Virus record (IMG/VR): IMGVR_UViG_3300031820_000010
Span: 1 to 41,392 of that record
DNA: 41,392 nt
Strand: one strand, 5' to 3'
Origin: a virus
Lineage: Duplodnaviria; Caudoviricetes
Shown here piece by piece: positions 26,191 to 35,089 of this stretch. The notes beneath the pieces are model-generated. The model was not told the origin of the DNA and ran no database searches. It saw nothing but the letters and a program-made list of their open reading frames with translations. Within the stretch, counting starts at the first letter, position 1. Each line of letters begins with the position of its first letter. Made by a program: the position numbers and the translations under genes.

Positions 26191-28811
26191 GTTTCGCCGA
26201 CGGTGATCACCTGAATCGCAGCCAAGATCGTCACCGGCAGCGGATCGGATTGCCGGTAGAATAACCGGCCGCCCGCTTCCAGGCTTGGACTGATGCTGTC
26301 GTCATAGTCGCCTGTAAAAAGAGCGATCGGCGAGCCAAGAGATTCACCGGATCGTTGCGTGATTTGAAGCAGAGAAGAAGAATCCGGCCCCAAATAGCCG
26401 CCGCGCGAATTTAGGAATCGCAAGATCGACCGAGCGACACGGATCTTGCGGCCCTGCGAAGTGCCGTTCGGCATTTGCACTTCGGGATTGAGCGTTTCAA
26501 GGTCGCACGTATAGGCCAGGCCGATATGCGCAATCCCGGCGCCGGGATTCAAAGTGATTTGTCCACCGGTTACCGTAAAGGGTCCTTGCACGCTACCATC
26601 GGCCAGCACCGTCACGCTCATGCCTTCCAAGTGGCTGAGACCTCCGATGGTCGTAGCCACGGCCCGGACTTCGCCGCCTGAAACGTAGGCACCGTAAGCC
26701 ATGCCGTTGACATTGGCACCGCCGTCGTTATCCTTGAGCTCAAAAGTATCCGTTGCCTTATTCGAAACAATGAACCGGCGGCCGTTTAAATCGGTCATCC
26801 CCACGACGTTTCTGATGTCAACGAGCTGGCCATTTGAAAAGCCGTGCGCGATGGCCGTGACAACCACGGGATTAGCCTTGGTGGCGCCCGAGATCGTGAC
26901 TGGGCTGTCGTAGGAGATCCCGCAGTCGAGAAAAAATTGATCCTTCGGATCGGTCGAGGTCAGGCGTTGCACAAGTTTTTCGACGTAGCGCTGGGTGCCG
27001 CGCTGCACGACAAACCAGACTTCGTTATAGGTCGAACCGGGAATCGAGGCGACACTTTCATAAAGTCCGTTTGTGTCATGGCGCGTCCAAGCCAGGACTT
27101 GATGCTCCAAAAGATAGGTCATCGCAAGAAGCATCCCGTCACTGCGCACGCACCAAACGAGGCTATCCGGCTCCTGCTGGAAAGCCATTTCCTTGATCGA
27201 ATAATTCGTGAAAAGATGATTGGAAAGAATGCTCAAATTGGACCCGCTGAAGCCCGAAACCGTGAAGTCGATGCCGATGTCGCGCACGACTGAACCTAGA
27301 GGCTGCACATAGATGACGCGGTTGCCGATGATGATCGGCTCGCAGATGCTGCAGCCGCGATAGCCCTGGATCTGCTGATTGATCGAGGTGGGTGTGATCG
27401 CCCCGTTATCAGCCGGCCCGATGCTCCATTCTGAAGCCGACGTCATGGCCAGAATCTGCGAAAGCGGGACTAGTGAACGCACGGCGTTTACTTTGCGGCT
27501 TGGCAAAGTAATCGTAATGCCGTCCGAATCCACCAAAGGATCGGAGCGCTTGAAGCTTGTATAGTTGCCTGTTTCAGTCATCCAAATTGATTGGGGTTCG
27601 CCAGTGGTCGAGGCAAAGGTCAAGCGGTCCTGGTAAAAGGAGCAGCAGCTCGGGTAGCCCCGATAATCGGACCAAGAGCCTTCCGCCCAGCCGACGGTTG
27701 CCGTTGTAAGCGCCAGTTCATCGATGACAGTCGCATTGACCACCGTCGTACTCGTGTAGCCGGTGATCGAGACGATTCCACTGCGGTCGAAGGGATCGGA
27801 AGTCAAAGTGACATTCAAGGTCCCGCTCGTATAGGTCACTACCGTGACGCGGATTCTGGCGAAGGTATCTAACGTGCCGGAGGTGTTCGCATTGAAATCA
27901 TTGGCGCCATCAAAGGATCGGACCTCCTGCCATGTAGCGCCTTGGTCGGTCGATTGTTCAATCCGGAATTTAGCCGTCCAAGTGCCATGGGTGATAATGC
28001 GCCAAGTACTGCCGCAGACGATCGCCGTAGTCGAGGTCACGCTCGTCAGCGCCGCGGTCACGGATTGGCCGGCCACGATATGATCGATGCGCCAAAGCGA
28101 ACCCACATGCAAAGCGTTAAAGAGAGCCGAAGAGGCGGTCAACGTGATGGCGCCCGAAACAGCCGAAGGGGTGAGGGTGATCGCCGAAATATTGGTCAAC
28201 ATGAAAGGTCCACGGCTATTGACGAATTTGCTAAGAGTCCAGGCGTCATGCGCCGTGCGGATCAATGTCCGCGGCGCGTAACTGGGATGACAGATATAGA
28301 GTGTGTCGGCCGATTGGGCGAATTTCAGGCTTGGCAGGTCCGTTTCTTGGTAAGGCGTGGCGATTTCATAAATTGATTGAACGCTCCAGTAAGTCGGGCT
28401 AATATCCGGCTGGTGGCCCGTTCCGGCTTGAATGCAAATGTATTTCACGCTGGAATAGGTCACCATGTCGCCCACGGCGTAACTCGTCGCGCCGTTATAG
28501 GCCGCCGGAGCACTCGCCAGAATTTGGCCACCGTTCATGTAGAAGCGGCAGTACAAATGGCCAAACTCGATCATGTAAGCCTGGGTGGTTGAGAATTCGA
28601 AAGCGACGACGCGCGCCTTTCGAGTCGGATATTTGGCCAAAGCCACGAAGCGCGTGCCAGGGCGGTTGGAAGCGCCGCCATGCGGGTGAATGAAGAAGTT
28701 GCGAAGGGTCCGCGCGCCGGTCGAATACTTCTGGATGTCGACTCGGCCATAAAGCGAGGGAGCAAATTCTCCGCCCGCAAAAGACGCCTGAATCGCATGA
28801 ACCGGCGGCAC
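26187..28811 (-). CDS. Tail tubular protein B (nozzle)
   Basis: QASFAGGEFAPSLYGRVD...GGASNRPGT, AQSADTL, GYPSCCSFYQDRL, QSDPLPVTILA. Confidence 0.9.
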   Translation of the reverse strand: MPPVHAIQASFAGGEFAPSLYGRVDIQKYSTGARTLRNFFIHPHGGASNRPGTRFVALAKYPTRKARVVAFEFSTTQAYMIEFGHLYCRFYMNGGQILASAPAAYNGATSYAVGDMVTYSSVKYICIQAGTGHQPDISPTYWSVQSIYEIATPYQETDLPSLKFAQSADTLYICHPSYAPRTLIRTAHDAWTLSKFVNSRGPFMLTNISAITLTPSAVSGAITLTASSALFNALHVGSLWRIDHIVAGQSVTAALTSVTSTTAIVCGSTWRIITHGTWTAKFRIEQSTDQGATWQEVRSFDGANDFNANTSGTLDTFARIRVTVVTYTSGTLNVTLTSDPFDRSGIVSITGYTSTTVVNATVIDELALTTATVGWAEGSWSDYRGYPSCCSFYQDRLTFASTTGEPQSIWMTETGNYTSFKRSDPLVDSDGITITLPSRKVNAVRSLVPLSQILAMTSASEWSIGPADNGAITPTSINQQIQGYRGCSICEPIIIGNRVIYVQPLGSVVRDIGIDFTVSGFSGSNLSILSNHLFTNYSIKEMAFQQEPDSLVWCVRSDGMLLAMTYLLEHQVLAWTRHDTNGLYESVASIPGSTYNEVWFVVQRGTQRYVEKLVQRLTSTDPKDQFFLDCGISYDSPVTISGATKANPVVVTAIAHGFSNGQLVDIRNVVGMTDLNGRRFIVSNKATDTFELKDNDGGANVNGMAYGAYVSGGEVRAVATTIGGLSHLEGMSVTVLADGSVQGPFTVTGGQITLNPGAGIAHIGLAYTCDLETLNPEVQMPNGTSQGRKIRVARSILRFLNSRGGYLGPDSSSLLQITQRSGESLGSPIALFTGDYDDSISPSLEAGGRLFYRQSDPLPVTILAAIQVITVGET

Positions 28812-28814
28812 GCT

Positions 28815-29423
28815 TTACCCCCTTGCCGTTTCGTAGCTTGAGGCCGACTCCTCAGCCGTCGGATCGACGTTTTTGCCTCTGGCGTCGTTGCGCTTGGCTT
28901 CGCTGATCGACTGTGTATACGTTGTCGCTAATCTCGGCCCCATTTCCATGCTGCCCGTGATCGTATAAGCCGTCTCAGCCGCAAGAGCCAAGGAAAAAGC
29001 CAATACAAAATCGGGACTATAAAGGCTCGGATCGTCGACTTGGACCGTATAGCGGATGTAGGCCGGACTGTCATTGCAGGCGATAGCGGACTGCAAGGAA
29101 GTAGGCGAGCGCACATCTTCGTATTCGGTCGGATCGGGATTGGTGGCGCCGGTGTCCGTGAAGATTTTGCGGATCGCAATGCAAAGGGCTGGTTTGGCGT
29201 AAAGGTAGGTCCAGCCAGGTACGGTTTCGCCCGATATTTGAGCCAGCGATTCAATGACCCGCGCGAAGCCCCAATCGTGAGCCGCCAGCACAGCGTCCCG
29301 GATCGTGTTGTAAACGCGGCTCAGCTGCACCGCATTATTGGAGGACTCCGTCATGGCAGCGATCGATTTGGCGCCTAAATGACCGAGCGCTTTATTGCAG
29401 ATGTCTACTTTTGAGACAGGCAT
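28815..29423 (-). CDS. Tail tubular protein A (adaptor)
   Basis: SKVDICNKALGHLG...RDAVLAAHDWGFA. Confidence 0.9.
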   Translation of the reverse strand: MPVSKVDICNKALGHLGAKSIAAMTESSNNAVQLSRVYNTIRDAVLAAHDWGFARVIESLAQISGETVPGWTYLYAKPALCIAIRKIFTDTGATNPDPTEYEDVRSPTSLQSAIACNDSPAYIRYTVQVDDPSLYSPDFVLAFSLALAAETAYTITGSMEMGPRLATTYTQSISEAKRNDARGKNVDPTAEESASSYETARG

Positions 29424-29440
29424 ACGCCCCCCAGTAAGAG

Positions 29441-29469
29441 CCACCGGGGAGCGCCGAACTCCCCGGTGG
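29441..29469 (-). terminator. GC-rich hairpin after the head genes
   Basis: CCACCGGGGAG / CTCCCCGGTGG 11-bp stem; weak U-tract. Confidence 0.5.
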
Positions 29470-29488
29470 GAATCTCACGCGCAGCGGT

Positions 29489-29758
29489 TTAAGTGGCGGA
29501 TTCTTCTTTCTTCTCTGTCTTTTCCTCTTCTTCGACGTATTTCATCCAGCGCTCAGAAAAGGCTTTTGGATCGCCTACTTCCTTGCCGGGCGGAATCGTC
29601 TTGTTTTCCTTATCTTTTTCCGTGTAGGTTTCGCCGGCGATCATGAATCGATCGCCAGCTTGGCGAAGCATTCCATAAACGCCGGCCTGCGTCGCCTCCA
29701 CCAGGATTTCCGGTTCCTTGGCTTTTTCTTCGACTGGAGCTTTTTTAGTTCTAGGCAT
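29489..29758 (-). CDS. Hypothetical virion-region protein
   Basis: AAGGAG RBS; GDRF...FSERWM motif. Confidence 0.7.
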   Translation of the reverse strand: MPRTKKAPVEEKAKEPEILVEATQAGVYGMLRQAGDRFMIAGETYTEKDKENKTIPPGKEVGDPKAFSERWMKYVEEEEKTEKKEESAT

Positions 29759-29793
29759 AAGATTTCTCCTTAGCTAAAGTTCGACGCTAGGGC

Positions 29794-30273
29794 TTAGACG
29801 TCAAGCGTGTAGCCGATCGTGTACTTCGTATTGCCGGCGATCTCTTTGACGATGGCGGCGTGGAAGGCGCCGGCGGTCAAGGCCGCCGTCCCGATGTTGG
29901 CGTTGACGCCGATATAGCGCTTGTACGCCGCACTCGGCACCCGCAGTTTGATTTGATAACCCGCCACAAGTGTCGCCTTTCCGATAGCGCCGGAACCGAC
30001 CAGATCCACGGGTGAGGTCGTCAGATTGGCATTGGAATCCGTTCGCAGACGGAAGTCCACCGTCGCCGCGCCGCCAGAGGTCACGGTCGTTTTGACGGTC
30101 ACAACCAGCCAAAGAGCTTCGCCTTGCCCGAAGTCGCGTCCGGTATTGGCGGTGGGTACGCCGGACGGCGTGCCCAGCGGCGCAGTGTCGTGCACGTTCG
30201 AACTGATGTTGTCGCCGGTTCCTGTGGGCGCCCAGGTCCCGTCGGCAAAGAGTAATTCCTGATCAATGATCAT
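29794..30273 (-). CDS. Capsid cement/decoration protein (Bbp16-like)
   Basis: MIIDQELLF...DFGQGEALWLVVTV...LVAGY...RYIGV; directly follows the major capsid gene. Confidence 0.8.
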   Translation of the reverse strand: MIIDQELLFADGTWAPTGTGDNISSNVHDTAPLGTPSGVPTANTGRDFGQGEALWLVVTVKTTVTSGGAATVDFRLRTDSNANLTTSPVDLVGSGAIGKATLVAGYQIKLRVPSAAYKRYIGVNANIGTAALTAGAFHAAIVKEIAGNTKYTIGYTLDV

Positions 30274-30290
30274 AAGGTCTCCTTTGCTTA

Positions 30291-31316
30291 TTAGCTGATC
30301 GTCGCTTCGGTGGTCAGGATCTGATCACAGAGGCGGATGGGGATGCCGAGGAAGTTCATGTTGTCAGCCATGGGATTGCCGAACTGATTCAGCGCCGGTT
30401 CAATCGAGATGGCGGCCGAGGATTTGTTCAGCGCCTGCACGCGGAGCAAGCTTCGTACCGTGCGGTTGGCGTAAATCACCGGGCGACCGGCTCCAAAGGA
30501 CGGAACACGGTCCAACATGCGGCTCATGAGGGCGATCAGCTGCGAAGCGTTCTGCGTGCCGGTCGATCCGACGAGATCGGACACATCCACATTGCAGAGC
30601 CGCACCACATAGCGCCAATCGCGCAGGGCGATGCCGCACTTCCATTGCCAGTGGTCCCGGTAGGCACGCAGCACAGAACCCGTAACGCCGGTCGAGGCTG
30701 GAACAGTCTCAATGCCGATGTCTTCGTGATAAATGCCCGCCTCCGAACCTTTCGGGTAGATGCCGGTCACTGTATTGGGTCCCCAAACCACAAGCCAGAC
30801 GGAGGTGTTATCCGAACCAGAACCCCCGCCATTGAGGATGTTGACGCCATTGGTCGCGCCCGAGATGGTGTTGAACCGCGGGTGCAGTCCAAGGAACCTT
30901 TCCGGGTTGACGGTCGTATCCCCATAGAAGAGCGTCTGGCACATCGTCTGGTTCATGCCTTCCAGAAACGCCATCGCCTCCGAAAGCCTCGCTTCTCCCA
31001 CATCCGAAGCCAGCTTGGCGACGTCCACGTCCAGAGTCGAAAAAGCTTCCAGCATCCCGACGCTTTCATCAATCTGCACGGTCGAGCTCTTGGACGGCGC
31101 GACTCCGCCGTTTAAGAGGCGCCAGGTGGGCACCGGCAGGCCGGTCCGTACGGTGCTGCGGTGGCCCGTCGGCAGGTTTCCTTCGATCCAGGTCATGTCT
31201 TTCAGGATGTCGTTCGTTTGATTGAGCAGTTCAATGATCCTGGCGGTCGTGCCGTCAGGGTCCATGCGCTTCGCTATGTCTGCCAAGTTCAGCGCGATTC
31301 CTCCAGTTGTAGACAT
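30291..31316 (-). CDS. Major capsid protein (BPP-1/epsilon15-like)
   Basis: IIELLNQTNDILKDM.WIEGN..TGH...VRTGLP...WR; DWRYVVRLCNVD; FLGIPIRLCD. Confidence 0.92.
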   Translation of the reverse strand: MSTTGGIALNLADIAKRMDPDGTTARIIELLNQTNDILKDMTWIEGNLPTGHRSTVRTGLPVPTWRLLNGGVAPSKSSTVQIDESVGMLEAFSTLDVDVAKLASDVGEARLSEAMAFLEGMNQTMCQTLFYGDTTVNPERFLGLHPRFNTISGATNGVNILNGGGSGSDNTSVWLVVWGPNTVTGIYPKGSEAGIYHEDIGIETVPASTGVTGSVLRAYRDHWQWKCGIALRDWRYVVRLCNVDVSDLVGSTGTQNASQLIALMSRMLDRVPSFGAGRPVIYANRTVRSLLRVQALNKSSAAISIEPALNQFGNPMADNMNFLGIPIRLCDQILTTEATIS

Positions 31317-31328
31317 AAGATTTCTCCT

Positions 31329-32054
31329 TTATTTTTTGGGTGGGGTAGTTCTGCCGAATAACACCTCGGCAGTCGGTTTGGGCGGTGGCTCCGCGCCCGC
31401 ACCGGCCGATTTGCCTTCGTGGAAACTGTCTTCCGCGACGGCTCTGCCTAGTTTCGCGAAGAGCTTGAAGACTTCGGGGTGGCTGCCCAATCCCGAATCG
31501 TTGAGCAACTTGACCATCTCAGGGGTGGCGAACTTGTCGCGGCCCTTGGCGGCCATCGCCCGCTCGGCTTGGAAACTGGCGCCCAGTTCCTTGGCGATCT
31601 CAGCTTCCCAGCCTTTCTTCATGTCGCTGAACGTCTTCAAGCCTTGCTCGACTGTTTTTTGCCCAACCTTGGTCTGGAGATCGACGAGCTTCTGCGCGTC
31701 GGCCTGACTGAGGTTTAGGGCTTTGGCCACGGCGGAAAACTCCGTGACCAGTTCCGGATCGAGGCTCACGCCTTCAGGCACCTTGAAGGTCTCGTATTTC
31801 TCAGGCGCCCCTTTGGCTTGGCCGTCTTTGGCGTCGCCGGTTTTCGACGCGGCATCATCCTTAGCGCCCGCTTTGGCGGCATCTCCCGCCTTGGCTTGAG
31901 CGTTCGGATCACTACCACCATTGCCGCCCGTTTTTGTTTGGTCGTTGGACGGGTCTAAAAGCGATACGTCGCTAGAAGCCGTACTGGCCGCATTTCCTGC
32001 CGCGGCATTGGCTCCCGCATCTGCTACAGCAGCCGCTCCACCTTTGTCACTCAT
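31329..32054 (-). CDS. Capsid scaffolding protein
   Basis: Low-complexity N-terminus, APEKYE.FKVPEG, LNLSQADAQKLVD, GLGSHPEVFKLF. Confidence 0.85.
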   Translation of the reverse strand: MSDKGGAAAVADAGANAAAGNAASTASSDVSLLDPSNDQTKTGGNGGSDPNAQAKAGDAAKAGAKDDAASKTGDAKDGQAKGAPEKYETFKVPEGVSLDPELVTEFSAVAKALNLSQADAQKLVDLQTKVGQKTVEQGLKTFSDMKKGWEAEIAKELGASFQAERAMAAKGRDKFATPEMVKLLNDSGLGSHPEVFKLFAKLGRAVAEDSFHEGKSAGAGAEPPPKPTAEVLFGRTTPPKK

Positions 32055-32409
32055 CGTTTTCTCCTTGTTCGGCGGTGGCTTGCTCGTTCTCCTGTAGGAA
32101 CTTGTCGGATGCGGCCTCACGCTGCATTTGAGCGAAAGCGTCTGGGTGAGACTCCAGGAGGTCTTTCAGCACGAATAAACCCATGTCCCGCTTCCCCTCG
32201 TTGTTGGCCATCTCCAGGCCATTCAGCGAGAAGCATCCGCGAAAGATTCGCGTCTCACCCAAGAGCCGCCAGATGAAGCGGCGGCCTTCCGGCGTCGACA
32301 AGACCTTTCGCAAATCGCTCTGTTCGCGCTCTTTGAGGCGCTTCCTAGCAATTGCCTTTCGTTTGTTGATGGCTTCTGCGTCGTAAACTGGGTCAAGCTC
32401 GAGCACCAC
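32047..32409 (-). CDS. Bbp19-like head protein
   Basis: DLRKVLSTPEGRRFIWRLL...NEGKRDMGL. Confidence 0.8.
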   Translation of the reverse strand: MVLELDPVYDAEAINKRKAIARKRLKEREQSDLRKVLSTPEGRRFIWRLLGETRIFRGCFSLNGLEMANNEGKRDMGLFVLKDLLESHPDAFAQMQREAASDKFLQENEQATAEQGENDE

Positions 32410-32424
32410 CCTGATCCTCTTTCG

Positions 32425-32485
32425 CCCGACAAAAAAAGGCGGGAACCTTCCACCTTTCGATGGACGATTCCCGCCTAAGTCGGGT
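32425..32485 (-). terminator. Long hairpin plus U8 tract between portal and head genes
   Basis: AGGCGGGAA...TTCCCGCCT followed by a T run on the minus strand. Confidence 0.6.
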
Positions 32486-32548
32486 ATGACTGTGAGCTTA
32501 GGGCTCTAAAGCGGGAGCTACCCGCACCAGTTCAAATTGGGGCTTACT

Positions 32549-34318
32549 TTACGTCCCTGCTCCTTGCAAAGGGCCGCCCGTCATGGCATCAAGAGCGCTG
32601 CCCGTATTGAGTTTCGTGTCCGACAAAGTTTTGGCACCGCTCGCCAAAGCCTGCGCGCGCTGCGCCGCCGCAGCCGCTTGCGCCTGCTGTTCTTTGGCCT
32701 GTCGAATCCGGGCCACCTCGTCATCGCTTCGAACGATCTTGGGCGGCACTCCAAGCATTTCGGCTTTCTGCTTGACCGCTTCGTCCGCATCCACGCGGTC
32801 GACAATATCCGGGAAAACGCCGACCAAGCTGCCAACGCCAGCCATCAACTGATCGATCGAGGTGGTTCCCACCATCTTCTGGGCCTGGGAAAGCATCGAG
32901 ATGTATTCCACTTTGAGTTCATGCCCCGACAACTCCTGGGGAGGAGGCGGAACGATGCCGGCGCGGAGCATGATGTTGAAGGTCCGGTCGATCACCGGGT
33001 CCAAGAGTTCGCTTTCCAAACGCTCCAGCACCGGCCCCAGCATTGTGAGTTTTTCCTCGTGGCGCTCGACGATTTCGCGCGCCGTCATATCTGGCCGGTC
33101 GGCTTGGGCGATCATCATGAAAAGATCGGCATAGAAAAATGAGTCGATGTCATTTTTGGTCAGCTTGATTGAATTCTCGATCGCCGCAAAGTCGGGCTGG
33201 ATCTGGTAAGCCGGCCGCAGACCAGCGTTGGGCGAGGTAGCGGAAGAACGCGTGACGCCGCCCGGCAAAATGTTCACGTCATCAGCCACATTGGCATCCG
33301 CCTGCATCGGCGGGTTCACGACTTTATCCAAGGCCATCAACTTGTCTTTCTGCATCTTCTGCAGCATCTTCACGTCGCCCAAGGCATGCCAGGCTGGCCC
33401 GCGGCCATAGACGTCGGCTGTCGTCGTTAAATCCCAGCGTGGCGCCATGATTGCAAACTCTTCAAAGCCGCGGATATCGAGAAAAGTGTCCGGCAGGGAA
33501 GTTTCTTCCCAATAAACGGAACGGTAAGGCTTGCCCTTGTAGCCCAGGACATCCGGGCTCCTTAAATCGTTCGGTTCGACCATATGAATGCAGGTCACCC
33601 ATTCGTCCGTCGAGTTCATTTTGAAGGAGTTCTTTACCTTGGAGCTCACATTATCGATGCCGAATTCTTTGATGAGCTGGCTGACTTTGGCTTTGTAGCG
33701 CCGGGCAAAAGCGTTCACGCGGCCGTCGGGTCCAGTCCTCAAGAAATATTCGCCGCAGGTAAAGCTTCGCACGCGAATCACCGTTCGAAAATCTTCGAGG
33801 AGCGCCATGGCCGCCGTGCCGAAGGAACCGATTTCGGTATAGAGTGAGTTAAAGGCGCCGTAAATGTTCGAGCGGCTAAAGACGTTCATCATGATCTCAG
33901 TGACGAGCGCCAGCCATTCCTTAGCCGGCTCAAAGTCCATGAGATCGGGATCGGTCGTACCCAGGCGGAACCAAGGGCGAGTCGGACTAGTCAAGCCGGA
34001 AGTCATGCCCGAGGCCAAGGTATTTAGCGAGCGGGTGGCATGGCCGTCGAGGAGCGTCTTATGATCAATCGCCGCCCCGTCGTTTGGCTGCTTGTCCGAC
34101 CAACCCCAGAACATGCCGCGAGTCGGCGCGACGTATTTCTTGATTTCCTGCCAAGCCGGTTGCCAAAGGACCGCGTCGTCACGCATCACCTGGAAGCGCT
34201 TTTGGAAAGGCGAACGGTCTAAGCGAGGCAACGGGTCAAGTTCCAGTGGCCGCTTCATTTGCTCAGTCACTTGCTTGGCTACCGTTGCTTGCGCCGCTTC
34301 TAGGGTCTGCGTGGCCAT
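32549..34318 (-). CDS. Portal (head-tail connector) protein
   Basis: LASGMTSGLTSPTRPWFRL, YGRGP, MTAREIVERHEEKLTMLGPVLERL, VEYISML. Confidence 0.93.
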   Translation of the reverse strand: MATQTLEAAQATVAKQVTEQMKRPLELDPLPRLDRSPFQKRFQVMRDDAVLWQPAWQEIKKYVAPTRGMFWGWSDKQPNDGAAIDHKTLLDGHATRSLNTLASGMTSGLTSPTRPWFRLGTTDPDLMDFEPAKEWLALVTEIMMNVFSRSNIYGAFNSLYTEIGSFGTAAMALLEDFRTVIRVRSFTCGEYFLRTGPDGRVNAFARRYKAKVSQLIKEFGIDNVSSKVKNSFKMNSTDEWVTCIHMVEPNDLRSPDVLGYKGKPYRSVYWEETSLPDTFLDIRGFEEFAIMAPRWDLTTTADVYGRGPAWHALGDVKMLQKMQKDKLMALDKVVNPPMQADANVADDVNILPGGVTRSSATSPNAGLRPAYQIQPDFAAIENSIKLTKNDIDSFFYADLFMMIAQADRPDMTAREIVERHEEKLTMLGPVLERLESELLDPVIDRTFNIMLRAGIVPPPPQELSGHELKVEYISMLSQAQKMVGTTSIDQLMAGVGSLVGVFPDIVDRVDADEAVKQKAEMLGVPPKIVRSDDEVARIRQAKEQQAQAAAAAQRAQALASGAKTLSDTKLNTGSALDAMTGGPLQGAGT

Positions 34319-34319
34319 G

Positions 34320-34751
34320 CTACTGTCCTAAGGCCGTTTTGGTGCCGGCCGCAAAGGCTGTAGGCGCGAAAATATTAGGAGCCGCCGTGACGCCTTGGCC
34401 GGAGGTCGCGATCGTGCTTAAGAGACCCATGCGCAGGGCCGCCAGGCGCTTTCTGGCGAGCATGGCGGCCGATTCAGTCGGACTGGCCGGCGTCGGGGTC
34501 GGTGCAGGACCAGCATCTCCAGTCCCTGTATCGGAAACCGCAGGCGCCGCCGGCGTCCCAGAGGGTTTGTCCCACGGAAGGGACGGTGGCGCACCACTCC
34601 CACCAGCAGCTTGATAGGCTAAATTGCCAGGCAAAGCCGCAGTCTGTCCAACAGGCCCAGGCACTTTGCGCGCGAGTTCGGAAGTCCCGGCCGTCGAAAT
34701 AGCGGTTGCAACTCTAACGGCCTTAGAAAGAGGCGCGGCTGGATGGCACAT
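34320..34751 (-). CDS. Small virion protein preceding portal
   Basis: MC start, Pro/Ala-rich, GLLSTIATSGQG...KTALGQ C-terminus. Confidence 0.75.
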   Translation of the reverse strand: MCHPAAPLSKAVRVATAISTAGTSELARKVPGPVGQTAALPGNLAYQAAGGSGAPPSLPWDKPSGTPAAPAVSDTGTGDAGPAPTPTPASPTESAAMLARKRLAALRMGLLSTIATSGQGVTAAPNIFAPTAFAAGTKTALGQ

Positions 34752-34763
34752 ACAATCTCCCTT

Positions 34764-34928
34764 CTAGATAATTCCGAGCGCCATCAAGATGAGCAGGAGC
34801 AGCAGGATTCCCAAGGCTCCTGTCGATGGATACCATCCCCATTGCCGCTCGCGCATATACGGCCAACTCGGCAAACATCCCACCATCACCAAGATCAGAA
34901 GGATAAAGACGAGCGTTCTGGCGTTCAT
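34764..34928 (-). CDS. DUF3309-like small membrane protein (54 aa)
   Basis: LVFILLILVMVGCLPSWPY...WGWYPSTGALGILLLLLILMALGII; below the ORF-track cutoff. Confidence 0.75.
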   Translation of the reverse strand: MNARTLVFILLILVMVGCLPSWPYMRERQWGWYPSTGALGILLLLLILMALGII

Positions 34929-35071
34929 CCATGGCCTCCCAAAAGCCCGAGTATTCCGACGATGATCAGATAAACCGCCACGATAAAGGGCAGAAGCGCC
35001 GGCCGGATCAAGATCAGAATCCCGGCGATCAAAGCCACGATCGGTTGGAAGTAAACATTCGAGAAGTGCAT
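34925..35071 (-). CDS. DUF3096-like small membrane protein (48 aa)
   Basis: QPIVALIAGILILIRPALLPFIVAVYLIIVGILGL; GAGG RBS. Confidence 0.75.
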   Translation of the reverse strand: MHFSNVYFQPIVALIAGILILIRPALLPFIVAVYLIIVGILGLLGGHG

Positions 35072-35089
35072 CGGAAGCCTCCTTTGGGT

